Under the pieces are notes generated by a model. The model saw nothing but the letters and a program-made list of their open reading frames with translations. It was not told where the DNA came from and ran no database searches. Of a DNA stretch of 64,000 bases, positions 1-15,700 are shown in pieces (positions within the stretch are counted from its first letter, which is position 1; each line of letters begins with the position of its first letter). Location of the stretch: NCBI GenBank assembly GCA_051294375.1, contig CM119266.1:6837431-6901430 (forward strand), in the 5' to 3' direction. Origin of the DNA: Paraspadella gotoi. Its lineage: Eukaryota; Animalia; Chaetognatha. Made by a program: the position numbers and the translations under genes.

Positions 1-33
1 TAATGATGAAATTAACAATGACGACGACGACGA

Positions 34-69
<36 letters not shown>

Positions 70-986
70 GATGATTGATGATGATGATGATAACGACGCT
101 GGCGAGAAGGATAACATCTATGATGCTCGATCCTCAAAAAAAAAAAAAAAAAAACTTCGATCTTTTTCTTTTTATCTTCCTCCTCCTCCTCCTCTCCTCC
201 TCCTCCTCCTCCTCCTCCTCCTCCCATTACTCCTGACGCGATCGGGTCAGGTCGCTCTCTCCCAAATTTTTTTTTTCGTTCACATCTTTACTTCCGCGAC
301 TCACCTTTTTCGTCGTCGTCGTCGTCGTCGTCGTCGTCGNNNNNNNNNNTATTTTTGTCAACCGAAATCCCGGAGAACCAAACCTCATTTTTTCTGCTCA
401 AACTAACGAATTTTGTTATAAATTACAAAACAGTTTTTGACTTTATTCATTTTCGCCGTTTGGAGATGATCATAAACCATATTTTTTGTCATCTTTTAAA
501 AAATCAAAACATTTATGAAGGATAAATTATAAATTTAATAAACAAAACTTAAAATGTGTATTTTAAATAAAAATTCCGCGACGTGAAAGTATATAATTGA
601 ATAATTGAAATTGGAAAGTAAAAGATTTGGAAAATTTGATTTTTATTTCGAATTTAATAATGCTAAAAAGTGTAATGAATTTAAACATGGTTCCTATCTA
701 TTTCATTCTGAAGTTTATATTTTATATAAATATATAATAATAAGAGTTTTTATTCGAATGCAACAAGGTTGATTCAGTTCAACAAACATATAATATATAT
801 ATATATATAGATACTATATTCTTACCCTAAAGGATACGCTTTCACCTCCTCCTCTTTTCCGATTCGTATTTTCCTTTTTTCACTTTTCCTTTTTTTCCTT
901 TGCTTCTTTTCGCACCCGACTACGAATCCCCGTTGCTTCCACGAATAAAGTTCCATTTTTTGGCGCTCTGTCTCTCTCTCTCTCTC

Positions 987-1038
<52 letters not shown>

Positions 1039-1133
1039 CTCTCTCTCTCTCGTTAAAAGGGACTCATCTGGGAAAAAAAGAATTCTGGAAATTTTATCAT
1101 TCTTTCGGCGCCAAAGTAAAAAAAAACCGTACT

Positions 1134-1170
<37 letters not shown>

Positions 1171-2788
1171 TCTTTTAAAACTTGAGAAACAAAAATACCT
1201 TTGATCGCAAATGTTTCTGTTTGATGTTTTTCTTAACAAATTTTTTTTCCTCTTTAAATTAGATTTTAGAATCTGTAACAAATTTTCAACAGAATATTCT
1301 TTTTTTGAATTTCGTCCTATAATTCAAAAGATGTCTTAAAAACGAATTTTTTTCTGCGGTTTATAATTAAAACATACGTGTTAAACCAGCAATTAAAATA
1401 GTCCCAGACAATGCTGGACACAATTCTCACCGGGTCCCCTTAAATTTTTGTACTTTCAATTATAAAAATTGCGTCTTCATCTTCGCATCGATCTTCATTT
1501 TTGCGAAAGTCAATAAACGTCGCATCTTGAAACTTGTATATTTATGTTTCGTCTTTCTTCGTTTTATTCTTCTCTTTCTCTTAACTTTCAACTTCTTATC
1601 TTTGGGCAACATTTCTTTTCCTTCTTACAGGTTTTTACTTTTATCATCATCACAGTTCAGTTTAATCCCTTGAAAGCGATTTACATGTATTGGTGCGGCC
1701 ACTGGTTACTTTTATCATTATTTCTTTTCGTTTCTCTTCTACTTTTCTTATCATCTTTGAGTTCTTTTCTAATTGTAGGGTGGATTAAAATCTACCTACC
1801 TCTCTACCCTATCTCTACCCATTAGGGGCGCCGTAGGCAAGTTATTGGCTAAAGTTATTGTGCTAAATTAGGAACGGTTAATTAATTTATTTTAGAAACA
1901 TCATTTTATCTTTTCATAATCAATATATATATATATTAGATAATCAATATATGTACGCATTCTAAACTGTTAGATATCATTACAACGGTTACAGGTCCAC
2001 TGATATTAGTACTTAACAGTTTTGTTCCTCTCTTATATAATGACAAAATCAGGGCCTCGTAAAAACTACATCGTAAACAACAGACATCAAAATTTGGTCG
2101 GTCAGTTCTCCTCCCAAACTCAGCGACGCAACGAAAATCGATCGAAAAAAGGACGATTAAAGATAACGAGGATCGAAAGCGAAACGAAACGCGACCAAAA
2201 CTGTCAACAAAACAGATAAACAATACAAATAAACAAAACAAATAAATAAAACAAATGAAAAAAACAAATAAACAAAAAAAGGAGATTAAAACTTGAATTT
2301 GCTCGTTGGTCGCTTGATTATTTAATATAATATATATCATATATATATATCATGTAACACTTCTCGCTGAAACTGTCTCTGAATAAAAAAGCCCAGAATC
2401 GCGTAAACTGTGAAATGATTTTGGGAATTTTAAATTTCCAAATATTCAAGCCTCCAAGGCTGAAAATTTGTTGTAGTTTTCCCCAATCAATAGGGAATAT
2501 TATCATCGTTAATGTTTTGAGAATGAATTTCTTCTCAAGCGTTTGTTTGTGGCCTTTGGCTTCTTGCTTTACAGTTTTTATTTCCGGCCCCTGGTCTCTT
2601 GCCTCTCCGTTAGTTTCCGGCCATTGGCCTCTTGCCTCCCTGTAAGATTTTGGCCTCTTTCCTTCTCTCTTCTCTGTTTGATTCACTTCCTCTGATCTTC
2701 TTTCGTTTCCTTTGTGAAAATTTCACTTTTTTTAAAATCTAAATTCGCTCAAACTTTTCATATCGATTTTCGTGATTGTAAAATTCTG

Positions 2789-2932
2789 AAATATTATACC
2801 ACTTCATTGATATGGAAACCAGGTACTCTGGTAAGTCATTATTATCTTGTTAGAGTGTTGGAAGCCTTAATTCACCAAAGCCTGTCCAAAGTCAGGGGCA
2901 AGATAGCTTATTTATTAAATGAATGAATAATT
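2789..2932. repeat. Dispersed repeat; inverted, longer copy at about 10670-10866
   Basis: gaaatattataccactt..atatg.aa.ccaggta and cctgtccaa.gtcaggg..ata.cttattta.taaatgaatg occur in both, on opposite strands. Confidence 0.6.
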
Positions 2933-3231
2933 TTTAAATTGGTTGTAACGATTTCAGTAACATTTCTTAAATTCACACAATTTTTTTATTCCAATTTTTT
3001 TTTTAAGATTCTACGATTTTCTTCTCCGGAAAGGACCGACTCCATCTTGATATCACAAAAAAGTTTTCTTGAAAAACTTATTTTAAAAAAAAAATTATAG
3101 ATTTGAATCTCATTTGCCCGCCTTCTCTTTTAATTGTTCTAAAGGCAGAAAAAAATAAAATCAGTTTCGCAGCCAATTATAAATTTAGGCTCCAATCCTT
3201 TTTTTTTGTTCGGTTATTTTTTTGTGTATGT

Positions 3232-3263
<32 letters not shown>

Positions 3264-4165
3264 CTTCAACCGGTCCAATTAACCGTCGAAATCAAAGAGT
3301 GTGGCTATCATCTCATCTTTCGTACTTAAAAAAAAAAATCAAAAAGTACTTTTCTCTCAATAACATTTCCGTTATTACTATAACCGCTACATGATATTCT
3401 ATACTTTTTGTTAATTGTATTATGACCTTTTCAAAGACGTCATTTCAAAACTTATTGTTTTCACTGATGACACTCGATTCCTTTGCACCTGGAGTCCATT
3501 ATGAACGAGGACGGCGACGACGACGGCGACGACGACGACAACTGCCCACTCACGCTAGTTTAAATGTTTCTGAAATATAAAATTTCATTTAAGATTCGTC
3601 ATAAATTCAGAATTAAAGACCCTTTTTTTGCAATCTACGTCAAATTACGTTATATTTCGTTGATGTACTCAGGATTCACTACTTTACCTGGTCGCACCTA
3701 CTATCTTTCTCTTCCCACGCCCCGATCTTTTAATATTAATTAAATTATAATTAAATTAAATGAGATTATATATAATTTTAATATAAAACTCTCAATGTTT
3801 GTCCAATGTCTGTATTATGTACTTCAATTACTTCACTGACATATCCATTCACTCATTCCTTACTACTTTTCAAACTTATCATCAATATTATCAATTCATC
3901 AATGATCCTTATTTTCACTTCCCCAGAGTGAAACGGCGTATCCTCTTTTCGATGTCACCGCCCCTCACCCTTGTCCATGCCACTCCGATTGTCTCCTTTT
4001 CCATGTCAACCACCTTCAACAACCGTTACCGCTTCAGACCGGCCGTTGACAGAGTTTTGGGAAATTCTTCTTCTTCAGTTTTCGAAGAGACGCTAAGTCG
4101 TAAAACTTTTTTCGCTCCGACTTAATATGATTAAAGAGGATACGAAAAAACATTATCTCTCTCTC

Positions 4166-4237
<72 letters not shown>

Positions 4238-4359
4238 TCTCTGCGTTTTTGTGTGACCGTTTGACTCAACGTTTCGTAACGACTCTCAACTGTCAAAAAA
4301 ATAAAAAAAAACTATTCTTTTTTTTAATTTTTCATCCAGAACTTTTTTCGGCTTCCATT

Positions 4360-4438
<79 letters not shown>

Positions 4439-6599
4439 CAGAGGCTTCCAGAGTTTACTCTTTTTTCGTCATCCAAATGATAAAATTCAAAATCGAAAAA
4501 ACTCATCTTTCGTTTGAATTTTTTTTGTTCGTCGAATTTAAGGGGAAACAAAAATTGATTTTAAAGCCAAAAAAGGATGTGCAAATATTTCTATTATTAT
4601 ATCGGTTTCAAAATTTTAATGTATTTATTTTTTTGAAAAATATTTTTTTTATCGTTATCTAAAAGTTGAAAACTCTAACTCAAGGCATTGTCACTGTTTG
4701 TAATGTTTGCGATATTTTTTTCTGATAACATTTTTTAACAGTTTGTGAGCAAAGACAATGTTCGGATCTGCCTACGGATAATATAATATTAATCTGATTA
4801 ATTAATTAATTAATAAGGATTAATTAATAGATTAATTAATCTAATAGATTAATTAATTAATGGAGAGTTATTATAATTTAGTATTCAGCTTGTCCATCAT
4901 CCGATGTCCTTAAATTGAGTCAGGCAGTGTTGTTAAATTTTGTTTTACATTTTTATCAAACAAACAAATATCCTCTATTAATCCGAGCAGGGCGGGCGAA
5001 GCCGGCGTCTGTGCTAGATTTTTTTTTTCGGTTTTTAGGCTTTCGGTCTCGCTTTTTTGCGGGGATATCATAGGGAAGTTGATATTTTCATATTATATGG
5101 CTTCTAATCATCGCAAGATCTTTAAAAATTCTCATTGTTTCATTATCAAATTATGGTATTTGTTTATGTTTTATTTACAAACAAAAACGTTTTTTAATGT
5201 ATATGTTCGCTCTCGTCTCTCTCTCTTTTTCTCTCGTCATGCTTCTTCTAAAAACGAGTTCCGGCTCTGCAGCGTCGTGTGCCAGGCTTCTTTCTCTCTC
5301 TCTCATCTCTCTTCTCTCTTGTTTTTTTGTTTTTTACAAAAAATTTTTTTGAGATATAATGGTGGGTTACGTAATGTAAAAAACGATGCCGCGAAACAGG
5401 GCGCGAACCCGGGTCCCTTTGGGTAAGAATAGGCTCACGCTACGTGCGGGCGCCTATAAGTAGCTGGCTTGAGGTCTTTAACACGCCGCTTAAGGGCTGT
5501 AGAGCTTCTCTCTCTCTGCTCGTCTTTTAAACTTATTATACGTATCGCTCTGTCTCTTTCTCTTTTCTCTGCAGCGGCTGTTCTCTCTCCGTCTCATCTT
5601 TTTCTGCTCTGCTGGCTCAGTTCGTCCTCTGGTTCTTGTCTCTGGTGCTGTGTGTGTCCTGTCCTATCTGTCCCGATCTTGTTTGCGTGATCGTTTGTTT
5701 TTTGAAGAAATTCTGCTTATTTTTTTCCTAACCTAAAAACTTTGTTGATTATTGCCATTGTATTCGCGGCGCTTTTTTTTCAATACACAGATCCATAGTT
5801 TTCATCCGAGGATTTTGCGTGGACGTTTATTCCTCTTTCTTGTTCTCTGCGATTGCCTTGTCTTTCTCTGCTTTCCTGGCTTTTCTCTGCTCTCTCTCTT
5901 TACTTTCTGGTCTCTGGCCTCGGTCTTTCTCTTCTCTTCATCTCTCGTCTCTCTGCTCTCGTCGCTATCTTTCCTCATACATCAGGCATTTGTTTGTTTT
6001 ATTGACTATGCATGCGGCATCAATGAATGACCATGCATCGTCAATCAAGTGAATGACAAGTCTATCGATACTGAGATGACTATCATCACAGGCAGTGAAT
6101 GACTATCATCGCATCAATAATTGATTATCAATCGGAATCAATAATCAAGTCCTAGTTAGCATCAATAAATTACTATTGACATCAATGCAATTAGGGTATT
6201 ACGCTCAAGTGCAGTTACTAGTACAGTGCCAAGCAATTTCGTTATCCGCGCATGAATTCATGTCGTTTTTTTTTTTTCGCGGTTTTTTTCATTATTTTCT
6301 AGTGATAGTGGGCTCGTGGCTCGATCTTGAGTCTTTTATAGATTTTTTTTATTTTAGTGTCTCACTGTCGTTCTCTCTGCGCGTCTCTATCAACCTCTGC
6401 TGCTTGTCTCTTCTGCACTCTCGTGCTCTCTCTCTCCTCTGCAACTCTGCTGCGTTTTCTCTCTCTGCTCCTCTCTCTCTCGCCTTTTTTATGCAGATAG
6501 CGAACGATGCCTTTATGGCTTTTAAAGGATTTTTTTTAACATTGCAATCTATTTTTTTTCAACAGGTGGCCTTCGATAGTTAATGTTATTTTTTTGCAT

Positions 6600-7930
6600 A
6601 ATTTTTTCAACCTTGGCAGTTGCCGTCAAACTTTATTAACTAAGCTGTACTCACTCACTTTCCCTACCGGCTCACGAAAATTTGCAATGCTCAATCTATC
6701 ATGGGTTAAAATAAATAAGAAAGGAGTTCGACAGTAAATGTGACTCATATTTTTTTCTCTGAAACTCATCTTTCCACTGGGTACGTTGCACTGAAACTTT
6801 ATATTGCAAGCTTCGTCATAGCGTTTTTCCTACCGCACACAGCAAAATTGTTCGAACTCAATGCTATCCATGGCCGATTGACTGATTGAATTGGAGTATT
6901 TTATTGGTTAAAATTGAAGTAAAAGATGTTGTTACGTAAATTTCGAGGCTTGATGGGTTTTTCCATTTAAGACGTAATTGATCCACGTTCACACGATTCC
7001 ATCGAAATTTTGATAGTCGTCGCGCAGGCTTTATCACAGCACTTTGCCTACCTCACACACAAATTTAAGTTGCAATCCAACCAGGCACAATATTGCACGA
7101 GTTATTGGATGCTTTTTTTGCTAAGATGGGACGGGATGGGACGGATTGATTGGAGCTAATAATTGGAAATGTTAGTTGATTTAAGTTTATTTACTAATTG
7201 ATTAAGTTGAACTGATTAATTATTTGATTTATTAATGACAGATCCCTGCAGATACATTTAACATATAAAGGAAAAAGAAGCGATAATCAATTAGTAACGG
7301 TTTTTTGTGGTTTTTTTCCATTTAAACTGGCTTGCACTCAAACTATTCAATCGAAACTTGATTTTCCTGGTTCAACTCACACCGTTTCCTACGCCACGTC
7401 TAGTGGTCGTATGTAGGACTGAGACGTATACAAAATCAGGTCATCAGCTCCATCACTTCATGAGGGGCAATTGGTGGTTCATATGTGAATATAGTTTTTT
7501 TGGTTTTTTTCCTATTTAAACTCATTTTCCACTCGCCGAGCGATTCGCATCGAAACTTATATCCCAGCTCAATCACGGACAGCTTACGCGTATCCACACA
7601 GGCCGTAGCACCAGGGTTGGCGGCGCAAATTTCATTTAATATCCATCCATATCAGCGGAGTAATTGGTGTTTTGTTTGCTAAGGTGGGCGGACGGACGGA
7701 CGGCCGCAGTCTAGAGGCAGACGGATCGGATCGGACAAATCGTTTTTTGCATAATTTATGCAATAATTCGTATGTTTGACATGATAATTACGTGTGTGCC
7801 GGCGACAATATTGAGGGGGCGGACCGAGCGCGACCTGGAAAAAGTGAGTTATAAAAGTGAGTTATAGAGTCGGGATCTGACTGATAAGGGCGATCGGCGA
7901 CTATAAAAGTCTGAAATCCACAACAAAAAA
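6600..7930. mobile_element. Diverged, opposite-orientation members of the same HINE-like family
   Basis: aaagtgagttatagagtcgggatctgactgataag at about 7853-7890 is the reverse complement of 12018-12050. Also (GGAC)n and repeated aaatgtgactcata..aaactcat.tttccact units. Confidence 0.55.
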
Positions 7931-9499
7931 TTTAAATGATACATCTTTAATATATAACTAAATATCTCTTATTTTCGAATCAGCTCTAAAATTAAAGCAA
8001 AGAAATAAAAAGGTCGACATTTTTATTTAGGTTTCCATTTAAGTCTCCATAATTATGGCAAACAGAATTAATGGACCATAATTAACTCCAAATCGTAAAA
8101 TGTAAAGGTTAAATGTAAGTTGGTTTGATTTCTAAAATCTTACGAGAACTAGAAGGCGGATCGTAATAAAATGACACAAGAACCGAATTCAGAGTCAAAT
8201 TAAAAAAATGGAATTTTCGATTTTATTTTCGAATTTTTATTTCTTCCAAATTTTCTTCTTGTTTTATTTCATATTTTATTTGTTTAGTAAATTAAATTCG
8301 TTTTATTTGGTAAAAGAAACGGATTTTACACGAATTATTTTTTTATCGTTTTGTCAATAATTTTTTTTATTATTATCAACAGATTTAAGAAAAAAAAATG
8401 ACGCACATACATATTTAAAGTTCTTAAAACTCTCATCCATTTTAACCTTAAAAGATGACATATTCAAATATAAAAATGTTCAATATATATATATATACAA
8501 AATTTTAAATCTAAGAATCGTAAAATGCAGTCATACATATGTATTACATACACATATTACAGCATTTACATACTATAGTATATGTCAACACTTAAGCCAA
8601 AACTTAAAAAAGTCAATACTCAAATCATGACATCAAAACAAAACTACAAGAAGGCAAAAGAAATCATGAAATCAGAAAATCAAGATTCAGTTTTGTCATA
8701 AAATTTTTTTTGACACGGGACTTGATTAGATGACCTCGATACATTAATGATGCAGACGACCGAGGAAGACGAACGACGACGACGACGACGACGACGATGG
8801 CGCCTTTGAAGGCGCCAATGAGTTTGGTGACGAAATCCACAGTTTCTTTTTTACATTTCATTTACTTTTTTGTCGTAAATTATCCTCGAATTTCCGGATG
8901 GCACGAAACGCGTTGGTTTTTTGTTTTAATATATATGTAAATCTTTATATTCATCTTTCTATAGCATTTTTTCAATGGCTGATTTTCTCGATTTCGCTCT
9001 CTCCTCTCTCTCTCTCTCTCTCTCCTCTCTCTTCTCTCTCTCTCTTCTCTCTCTGTCTCTCTCTCTCTTTGCTCTCTCTCTCTTTTTCTCTCATGATTCA
9101 ACTCATTTTTCAACGTCCTTAACCCAAAATTTTTTTTCCGGCGATAAAAGAAAATAAAAATATATATTTAATTAATCGACGACAAAGTCAATGACCAAAA
9201 AATCATAATTTTTTTGTTTTACGACTCAGAAGTTTCATCAATACAAATAAAAATTAGACTAGCATTATAATATAACATCGAATTAAAGAAAAAAACTCTT
9301 ATGCGGTATTTAGATAATTTAGACAATAACATAGGCTAAAACTAAAATGAGATATAATCATTTAGTAAATTGAGACAATGACTTAGGCTAAACCTAAAAT
9401 AAGATAAATCATTTTCCTGTTTTTTTTTCTTTCGATCCGCGATTTATTTCTTCCCTCGAGAGAAAAGAATAAAAGACTAAAATGGGAAATTAAAACGTT

Positions 9500-10270
9500 T
9501 TCGTCAAAGAAGAAGAAAATAGATAACAGGAAGGAAGACAGATAAAGGAGGAAAGAAAGAAAGATAGGAAGTGAGAAGAAAGATAGGAAGTGGAAAGAAA
9601 GAATAAAAACAAAGGAGAAAAAACTAGAAACTTGAAAAGTAAAATAAAACTAGAATAAAAAGATAAGAAGTGAAAAGAAAAGAAAAGGAAAGAAGAGATA
9701 AAAAAGTAAATAGTAGAAAAATAGAAAAGAAAAGAAAGAAATATGAAAAATAAACTAAGCGAAAAGAAAATAGAAAAGAAAAAAAGATTGGGAAAAGAAA
9801 AGAAACCAAAGAAAATAAAAAACAAAGAAAACAGAAAAAAATAAAAAGAAAAGAGATTGTAAAAATAAAGGGAAAAAATAAGAAATTAAAGAAAAAAAAG
9901 AAAGAAAGATTCATAAAGAAAAAAAGAAAGGAAAAAGAGGAAAAAAATAAAAGAAAAGAATAGAAAGAAGAAGAAAAGTAAAGAAGAGAGAAAAAAGAAA
10001 AGAAAAGAAGTAGAAAAAAAAGAAAAGAAAAAAGTAAGAAAAAAAGAAAAGAAAAGAAGAAAGAAAAAAAGAAAAGAAAAAAAGGAAAAGAAAAGAAAAG
10101 AAAAGAAGAAAGAAAAGAAAAAATAGAAAGAAAAGAAAAGAAAGAAAAGAAAAGAAAAGAAAGAAAAGAAAACAAAAAAGGATCATTCGTAAAGGAATGT
10201 CCGATACGAAAAAAAATTGGAATAAAAACAAAACAAAAAAGAGCGGGAAAAGAGAGAAAGAAAATTAAAA
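9500..10270. repeat. A/G-rich low-complexity tract
   Basis: Degenerate (GAAAA)n; source of spurious Phe/Leu-rich minus-strand ORFs. Confidence 0.85.
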
Positions 10271-11544
10271 AAATGCTTAAGAAGCAAGCAAAAGCTTGTT
10301 TCTTCGGATTGCGTGCGAGGCGGGGTTATTTGGTTGAATAGTCGTCGTCGTCGTCGTTGTCTTCTTCTTCTTCTTTTTCCAAAACCGGTTTCAAATCAAC
10401 TCTAGCCATTCGAGATTTCTTCTTCAACATTTGTCTTCCTTTTAAAATTTCAAAAAGAAAATTCGAAAAATTAATTAATTAATTAAATGCGCAACTTGGA
10501 ACAGAGACATTAATGACGACGACGAAGACGACGGACGACGACGAAGACAAATGAAAACGAGAAGCGAGAAAATTCATCCGTCACATTTTTTTGCTCGACT
10601 CTTCGGTTCGATAGCCTTCGATGACTTTACGTTGGAGGATGAAATGAAATTTGTACAATCGATTTAAAAATCATCCATTCATTTATTAAATAAGTTATGT
10701 TAACCCTGACCTTGGACAGGTTGTGTCGGCTTAAGGCCTCCCTCCGTCTTACGAGACAGTATCATATCAGGATCCTGCAAACTTTCAATAAAGACTCGCT
10801 CACAGTCGAGTTCATTAACTCCCAGACTACCTGGCTTTCATATGAATAAAGTGGTATAATATTTCAACGAACTGTTTGAATTAAATAAACACTCTCTTAA
10901 TTATTAGATATTTGTTATATTTGTTATATTTGTTATATAGTCGTTGGTGACTGCATTTCCTGCCAACTGTTGCGCGCATCTCTTCAATCACAAATGAAAT
11001 GAGTAATGCAATCAGCAGCCCTTGTCTTTCTTAAACCGTGAACTAATGCGGTCATTTTCTTAAATTCTTCAAAGCGACCGGAGCTATCAACTACGAACTC
11101 AAAAAATCTCTCGTTCAGACTTTTTCCTCCTGATTTAATATTTTGATTCTGATTTTTAATCGGATTTCCGATTCGGGATTTTCATTATAGCCCGATTCTT
11201 TGATTTTAATTTCTTAATTCTACTTAAAATCCCCGATTTTGGATTCGTGAATTAATTTATTCAAACTTGAGTGAAGGCGGAGACTTTTTTCGGATTTACA
11301 AATCAAGGTCGGATTTTAATTTACATAATTTAATTTTTGGTCTTGAAAGCAAAAATTTAATCGTCAAAAATGAAAATAAAATAAACTTTGATCCGATCAT
11401 TTAAATACCAAGCTTATCTATAATATTGCACATTGCACAATCACTTGCAAAATCGATCGTTGGATCAATCAATCTCAATCAATCAATCTCAATAAATCTT
11501 TGAATAAATAAAAAAATAAAAAAAATAAAAAAAAATTAAAAAAA

Positions 11545-11548
11545 AAAA

Positions 11549-11603
<55 letters not shown>

Positions 11604-11663
11604 AATAAATAAATAAATAAATAAATAAATAAATACAATCAATCAATCAATCAATCAATCAAT
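11545..11663. repeat. (AAAT)n/(CAAT)n compound microsatellite
   Basis: Directly visible. Confidence 0.9.
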
Positions 11664-11720
11664 CTTTCGCTAAATATCTCTTTTCCGACTGGCGACGAAA
11701 TTTCGAGAAATCGCCTCCAG

Positions 11721-11774
<54 letters not shown>

Positions 11775-11982
11775 CTCTCTCGTTACAGACTATCCCAAAT
11801 CCTGGGAGATCGTTACATCGCTTCTTGTGGTGTTTATGTTTTTTACTCTCTGATTCATGAATTCACTTCTTTTTTTTAACTTTTACTTTTTTTTAAATTT
11901 AAATTTTAAATTTTTTTGGTTTCATCCATTTTTTTTTTATTGTTGTTTTTCTGTTTCTTTCATTTTACATCATTAATTTTTC

Positions 11983-12582
11983 TTTTTATCGCGACAGCTT
12001 CTCTTTAGTCGGATATGCTTATCAGCAGATCTCGACTCTATAATCCACTTTGTCGGTCCGTCAGTCCGCCCTCTCAATCTTGTCGGTCATTCACTTAAAT
12101 CAGGTCAGAACCAAAAAAAACGATGACAGTCCGTCCATCCGTCAGTCAGTCAGTCAGTCAGTTGGGATCTAAAGTTTCGATGGAATCGTGCGAGTGGAAA
12201 TGAGTTTAAATGAAAAAAACATAAGTCACATTTACTAAAATCTTTTTACTAATTTTCACCCATAATTACTCCAATTAATCATATTTTGATAGATAGATTA
12301 AATGACATTTTGTGTGTGGGTAGGAGAGTGTGTGACAAAGCCGGATATAAAGTTTCTATGGAATCGTGCAATTGGAAATGAGTTTAAATGAAAAAAACAT
12401 AAGTCACATTTACTTTAATCTTTTTACTAATTTTAACCCATAATTACTTTAATTAATTATTTGATTAGTTAATTGATTAATTAATTAAAGTAAAAAAATG
12501 ATTCTATTTGAAAAAATTATGCTAGTTGAAAAAATGATTCGAGTTGAAAGAAGTTTGAACAAACAATGCCGGATCTGCCCAC
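11983..12582. mobile_element. Non-autonomous Helentron/HINE (DINE-1-like) element
   Basis: gcagatctcgactctataatccactttgtcggtccgtc start, (CAGT)n/(CCGT)n microsatellite, two internal tandem units of about 180 bp, and inverted caatgccggatctgc end. Related pieces at about 4755-4780, 17125-17160 and 51590-51830. Confidence 0.6.
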
Positions 12583-12705
12583 AATCAATAGACAAGCAAG
12601 ATTCAGATTCAGACAAGCAAAGATGTTTATGATTTTTCATAGGAATTTTAATATAATTTAGAAATCATGGAAAATCATGAAAACAAAAGACTTTTGGTTG
12701 AATTT

Positions 12706-15700
12706 TTATTCTGTTACTTCGTTGGATGTCATTCTTTCTTTCTCTTTTACTTTATCTCGGCAAAGACACAGATCTCTTGGCATAGCAAAAAATGGATATG
12801 AATTAGATTTTACAGATTTTTACAATACCAACTTTTGCGATAATGTAGTATGAAATAAATATTAGTTACCTTAGAGCCCAAGCATCCCACGATATTCGTA
12901 CGGAGCATAAGTGAGTGTCTGTTTGAAAAATTGGTAGGAGTTAAAAATAGTAAACAACATGATTATCAGGTATTATAAAAATATTTAAGCGAGCCGCGTC
13001 ATTATGCGCTACAAATTACAATACTGTGGCAGCAAGACTTAAAGCTGCCTCACTGCTGTCCGTCCTCAGCCTCGTCTCAATGGCTGAGCAGGCTAAATCA
13101 TCTCATTCCATCCGTGCGTCCCGGGTTCAATCCCTGGGTATCCCGGTTCTGGCTTAAAATGTGACGGTGCCGGTATAAACATGCCAGTGACAGGAGGCGG
13201 TCACTGAGGGTCCGCAGCCCCTACGCCAGTTGGTGAGATACCCCGCGCCCCGGGTATCACAGGCTATCCTCCCGTTGCCATAATACATTCTTTTTATACT
13301 TCCATATTTAAATAGAGCTATCGTCCCAAATTGATCTTGCTCGAGTCAAAATATTGAAAATTATTAATAATCCTTGGTTCTTTTTGGTATTACCTCCAAT
13401 TACATCTCCCCGATTGATATTCATTAAGTCGACTTCATAGTCTTGAATATCTCTGCTCACTTTTTGATCATTAATAGAGCTTGCTTTTTGTTTTCTTTGG
13501 AGAAACCCAGTAAAAACAACGTTCCCCGGTGAGACCTTTTAAAGTCGTTTAAAAAACAGTTTTTTTCAAGAAATCGGATTTATTTATTTATTTATAATTA
13601 AAATTAATTATTTTTCCAATTGGGAGATTCACCTTTATGGCAACAAAATATACTAATTTATCTCCTTCAGTAAATTGAAAACATTCCCTGACGTTAATGA
13701 ACTCAAATTGGACACAAAGATGGAATGTTTTAATTCCAGCGTTAATAATATTTAATAATACGGCGCCAACATCCGCAGCAACTGATGGAGAGACATTGGT
13801 TCCCTCGGGCCAGTAACAACTGCAGAAGTCCAAGGGAATTCCCGCCGTTTGGCAGGTGCGGTTTTCGGGTATCGAAGTCATGAGGGAAAATCTTCGAGCT
13901 AAAATGAAGACGCAGCAATAATTAACTATTGAGCTAAAAGGGAAACACGATGCGGGGATAAAACCTTTTCTACCTTCGGAGCCAAGTCCAGGCACAATCG
14001 AATCATCTTTCCATCGATCCGTACGCGTTGCAAGATGTAACAAATGTCTTAAGGTCTCGTTAATGTCGTAGGTACTAACAAGACGTTTAGTATTAGCGAC
14101 GGCGGCAGCGTACAAACTAGAATATCGTTGGCGAAACCAATCAGGAAAGACGATGAACAGCATGGGCATACTGTCTTCATGCCTTCCGACGCTCGTAGCA
14201 AAGAGGTCGGATTGTCGAAATCCGTGATCAGCCCACAAGAAGAGAATTGAATTGTCGAGATGACCACGATCCTTGTGTGAAAATAAGCAATCAACTTTCA
14301 CCAAATCTTCAACAAATGTGAATTGTGCAATCGACCTTCATCTTCATCAGCAACTGTAGCGATGGTTTATCTACTTGCTTCAAACCGTTCAAACGTGTGT
14401 GGGTCCATTCCACAGCCATAGTGTAGGTAAAAAGAGAGTCATTGAAAGCGGCATGCGCATCGAGCGTTTTCAAGAACCAATCATAAAGAAGGTCTCCCCA
14501 AGATTTTCCTCCCACGCATTTGTTTATGAAAGGATCTGCCACAATATTGTTGAAAATTTCAATCTTTTATTAATGAAAAAATATTATTTTTAGAATAGAA
14601 CGTCTGCAACAAAATGTGCTAAATGATGAAAGAAAAATTTTTTTTTACTCATTATGATATAATATTACAAAAAAATCGTTTTATTAATCTTTTGATTGAA
14701 TGATATCAATACAAAGAAACCTCCAGCGGCCAAAGCCATGGGTTTAAAGCTGTGGTCGTTTTTTCTATAGCCTGCTGGCCATGCGCAACATGTTGAAGCC
14801 CAATCATCCCCAAATGAGGTCCAATACCCATTCGAGGCAAACGAGGTCCACACAAGGTCCTCATCTTTCGGATCATTTCCAGGATACTTACCACCAGAAA
14901 ATAACGCAGCCATATTAGGGTTAGACTTTAAACCAACCTATAGAATTTTCATAAACAATATAAATGTAACAAAAAGTAAATAAAGATGATATCGGAGGAG
15001 GAATTTTTCTCTCACCTTGTTGTAACCGTAAAACTCCAAGGCTCCCAGTTGAGTGGTCAAATAATTTCTCAATTTAGGCAAATACCTAATGGTGTTAAGT
15101 CTCGAAGTTGAATCCATTGCCAGAATGTGGACATTGAATCGACATGGTAAGTCAGTTGGCGACGATTTGGCGCAAAGGTTCGCCCACTCTCCCTTCCGGC
15201 TCGCCACCTCGGGATCTCGATACGGCAGATTTACGAGAAGAGCATCTTCTTCGCGCTTTTCGCACCAGATCTTTGCGTAGCTGGCATTGATGGTGGTCGA
15301 GTCATTGGCGTCGAACGGAACTGGCCTCATTATCCCCTTTTTCTCTGTTGGAAGTAAAGAGTAGAAACACTGGCCCACGGAGGATTCAGTCAGAGGACGT
15401 TTCAAGAAAACCGAATTTTCCTGAGTCATGTCAAATGGGAGAAATGATGAAATGAAGATTAATTTAATGAAGAATATTTAATCTTTATTACTTATTAGCC
15501 CCTTCACCTTCTTAACATATAATTATTTCGGAGAGAAATTATACTTTGGAAAAAGACAGTTGTGGCGGTATATTCACACCACCTCACGTCCACCATCGTT
15601 CAGCCAATACCAGTCAATACAAGGGGGAACACACCATCCCAGGCGTTGCGTTCCATCCACAATCCTAACGACTTCCCTCTGCGTTGGCAAAGCGAGACCT

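Noticed and set aside
9490-10231. Phe/Leu-rich ORFs resembling membrane proteins
   Set aside because: Low-complexity A/G tract
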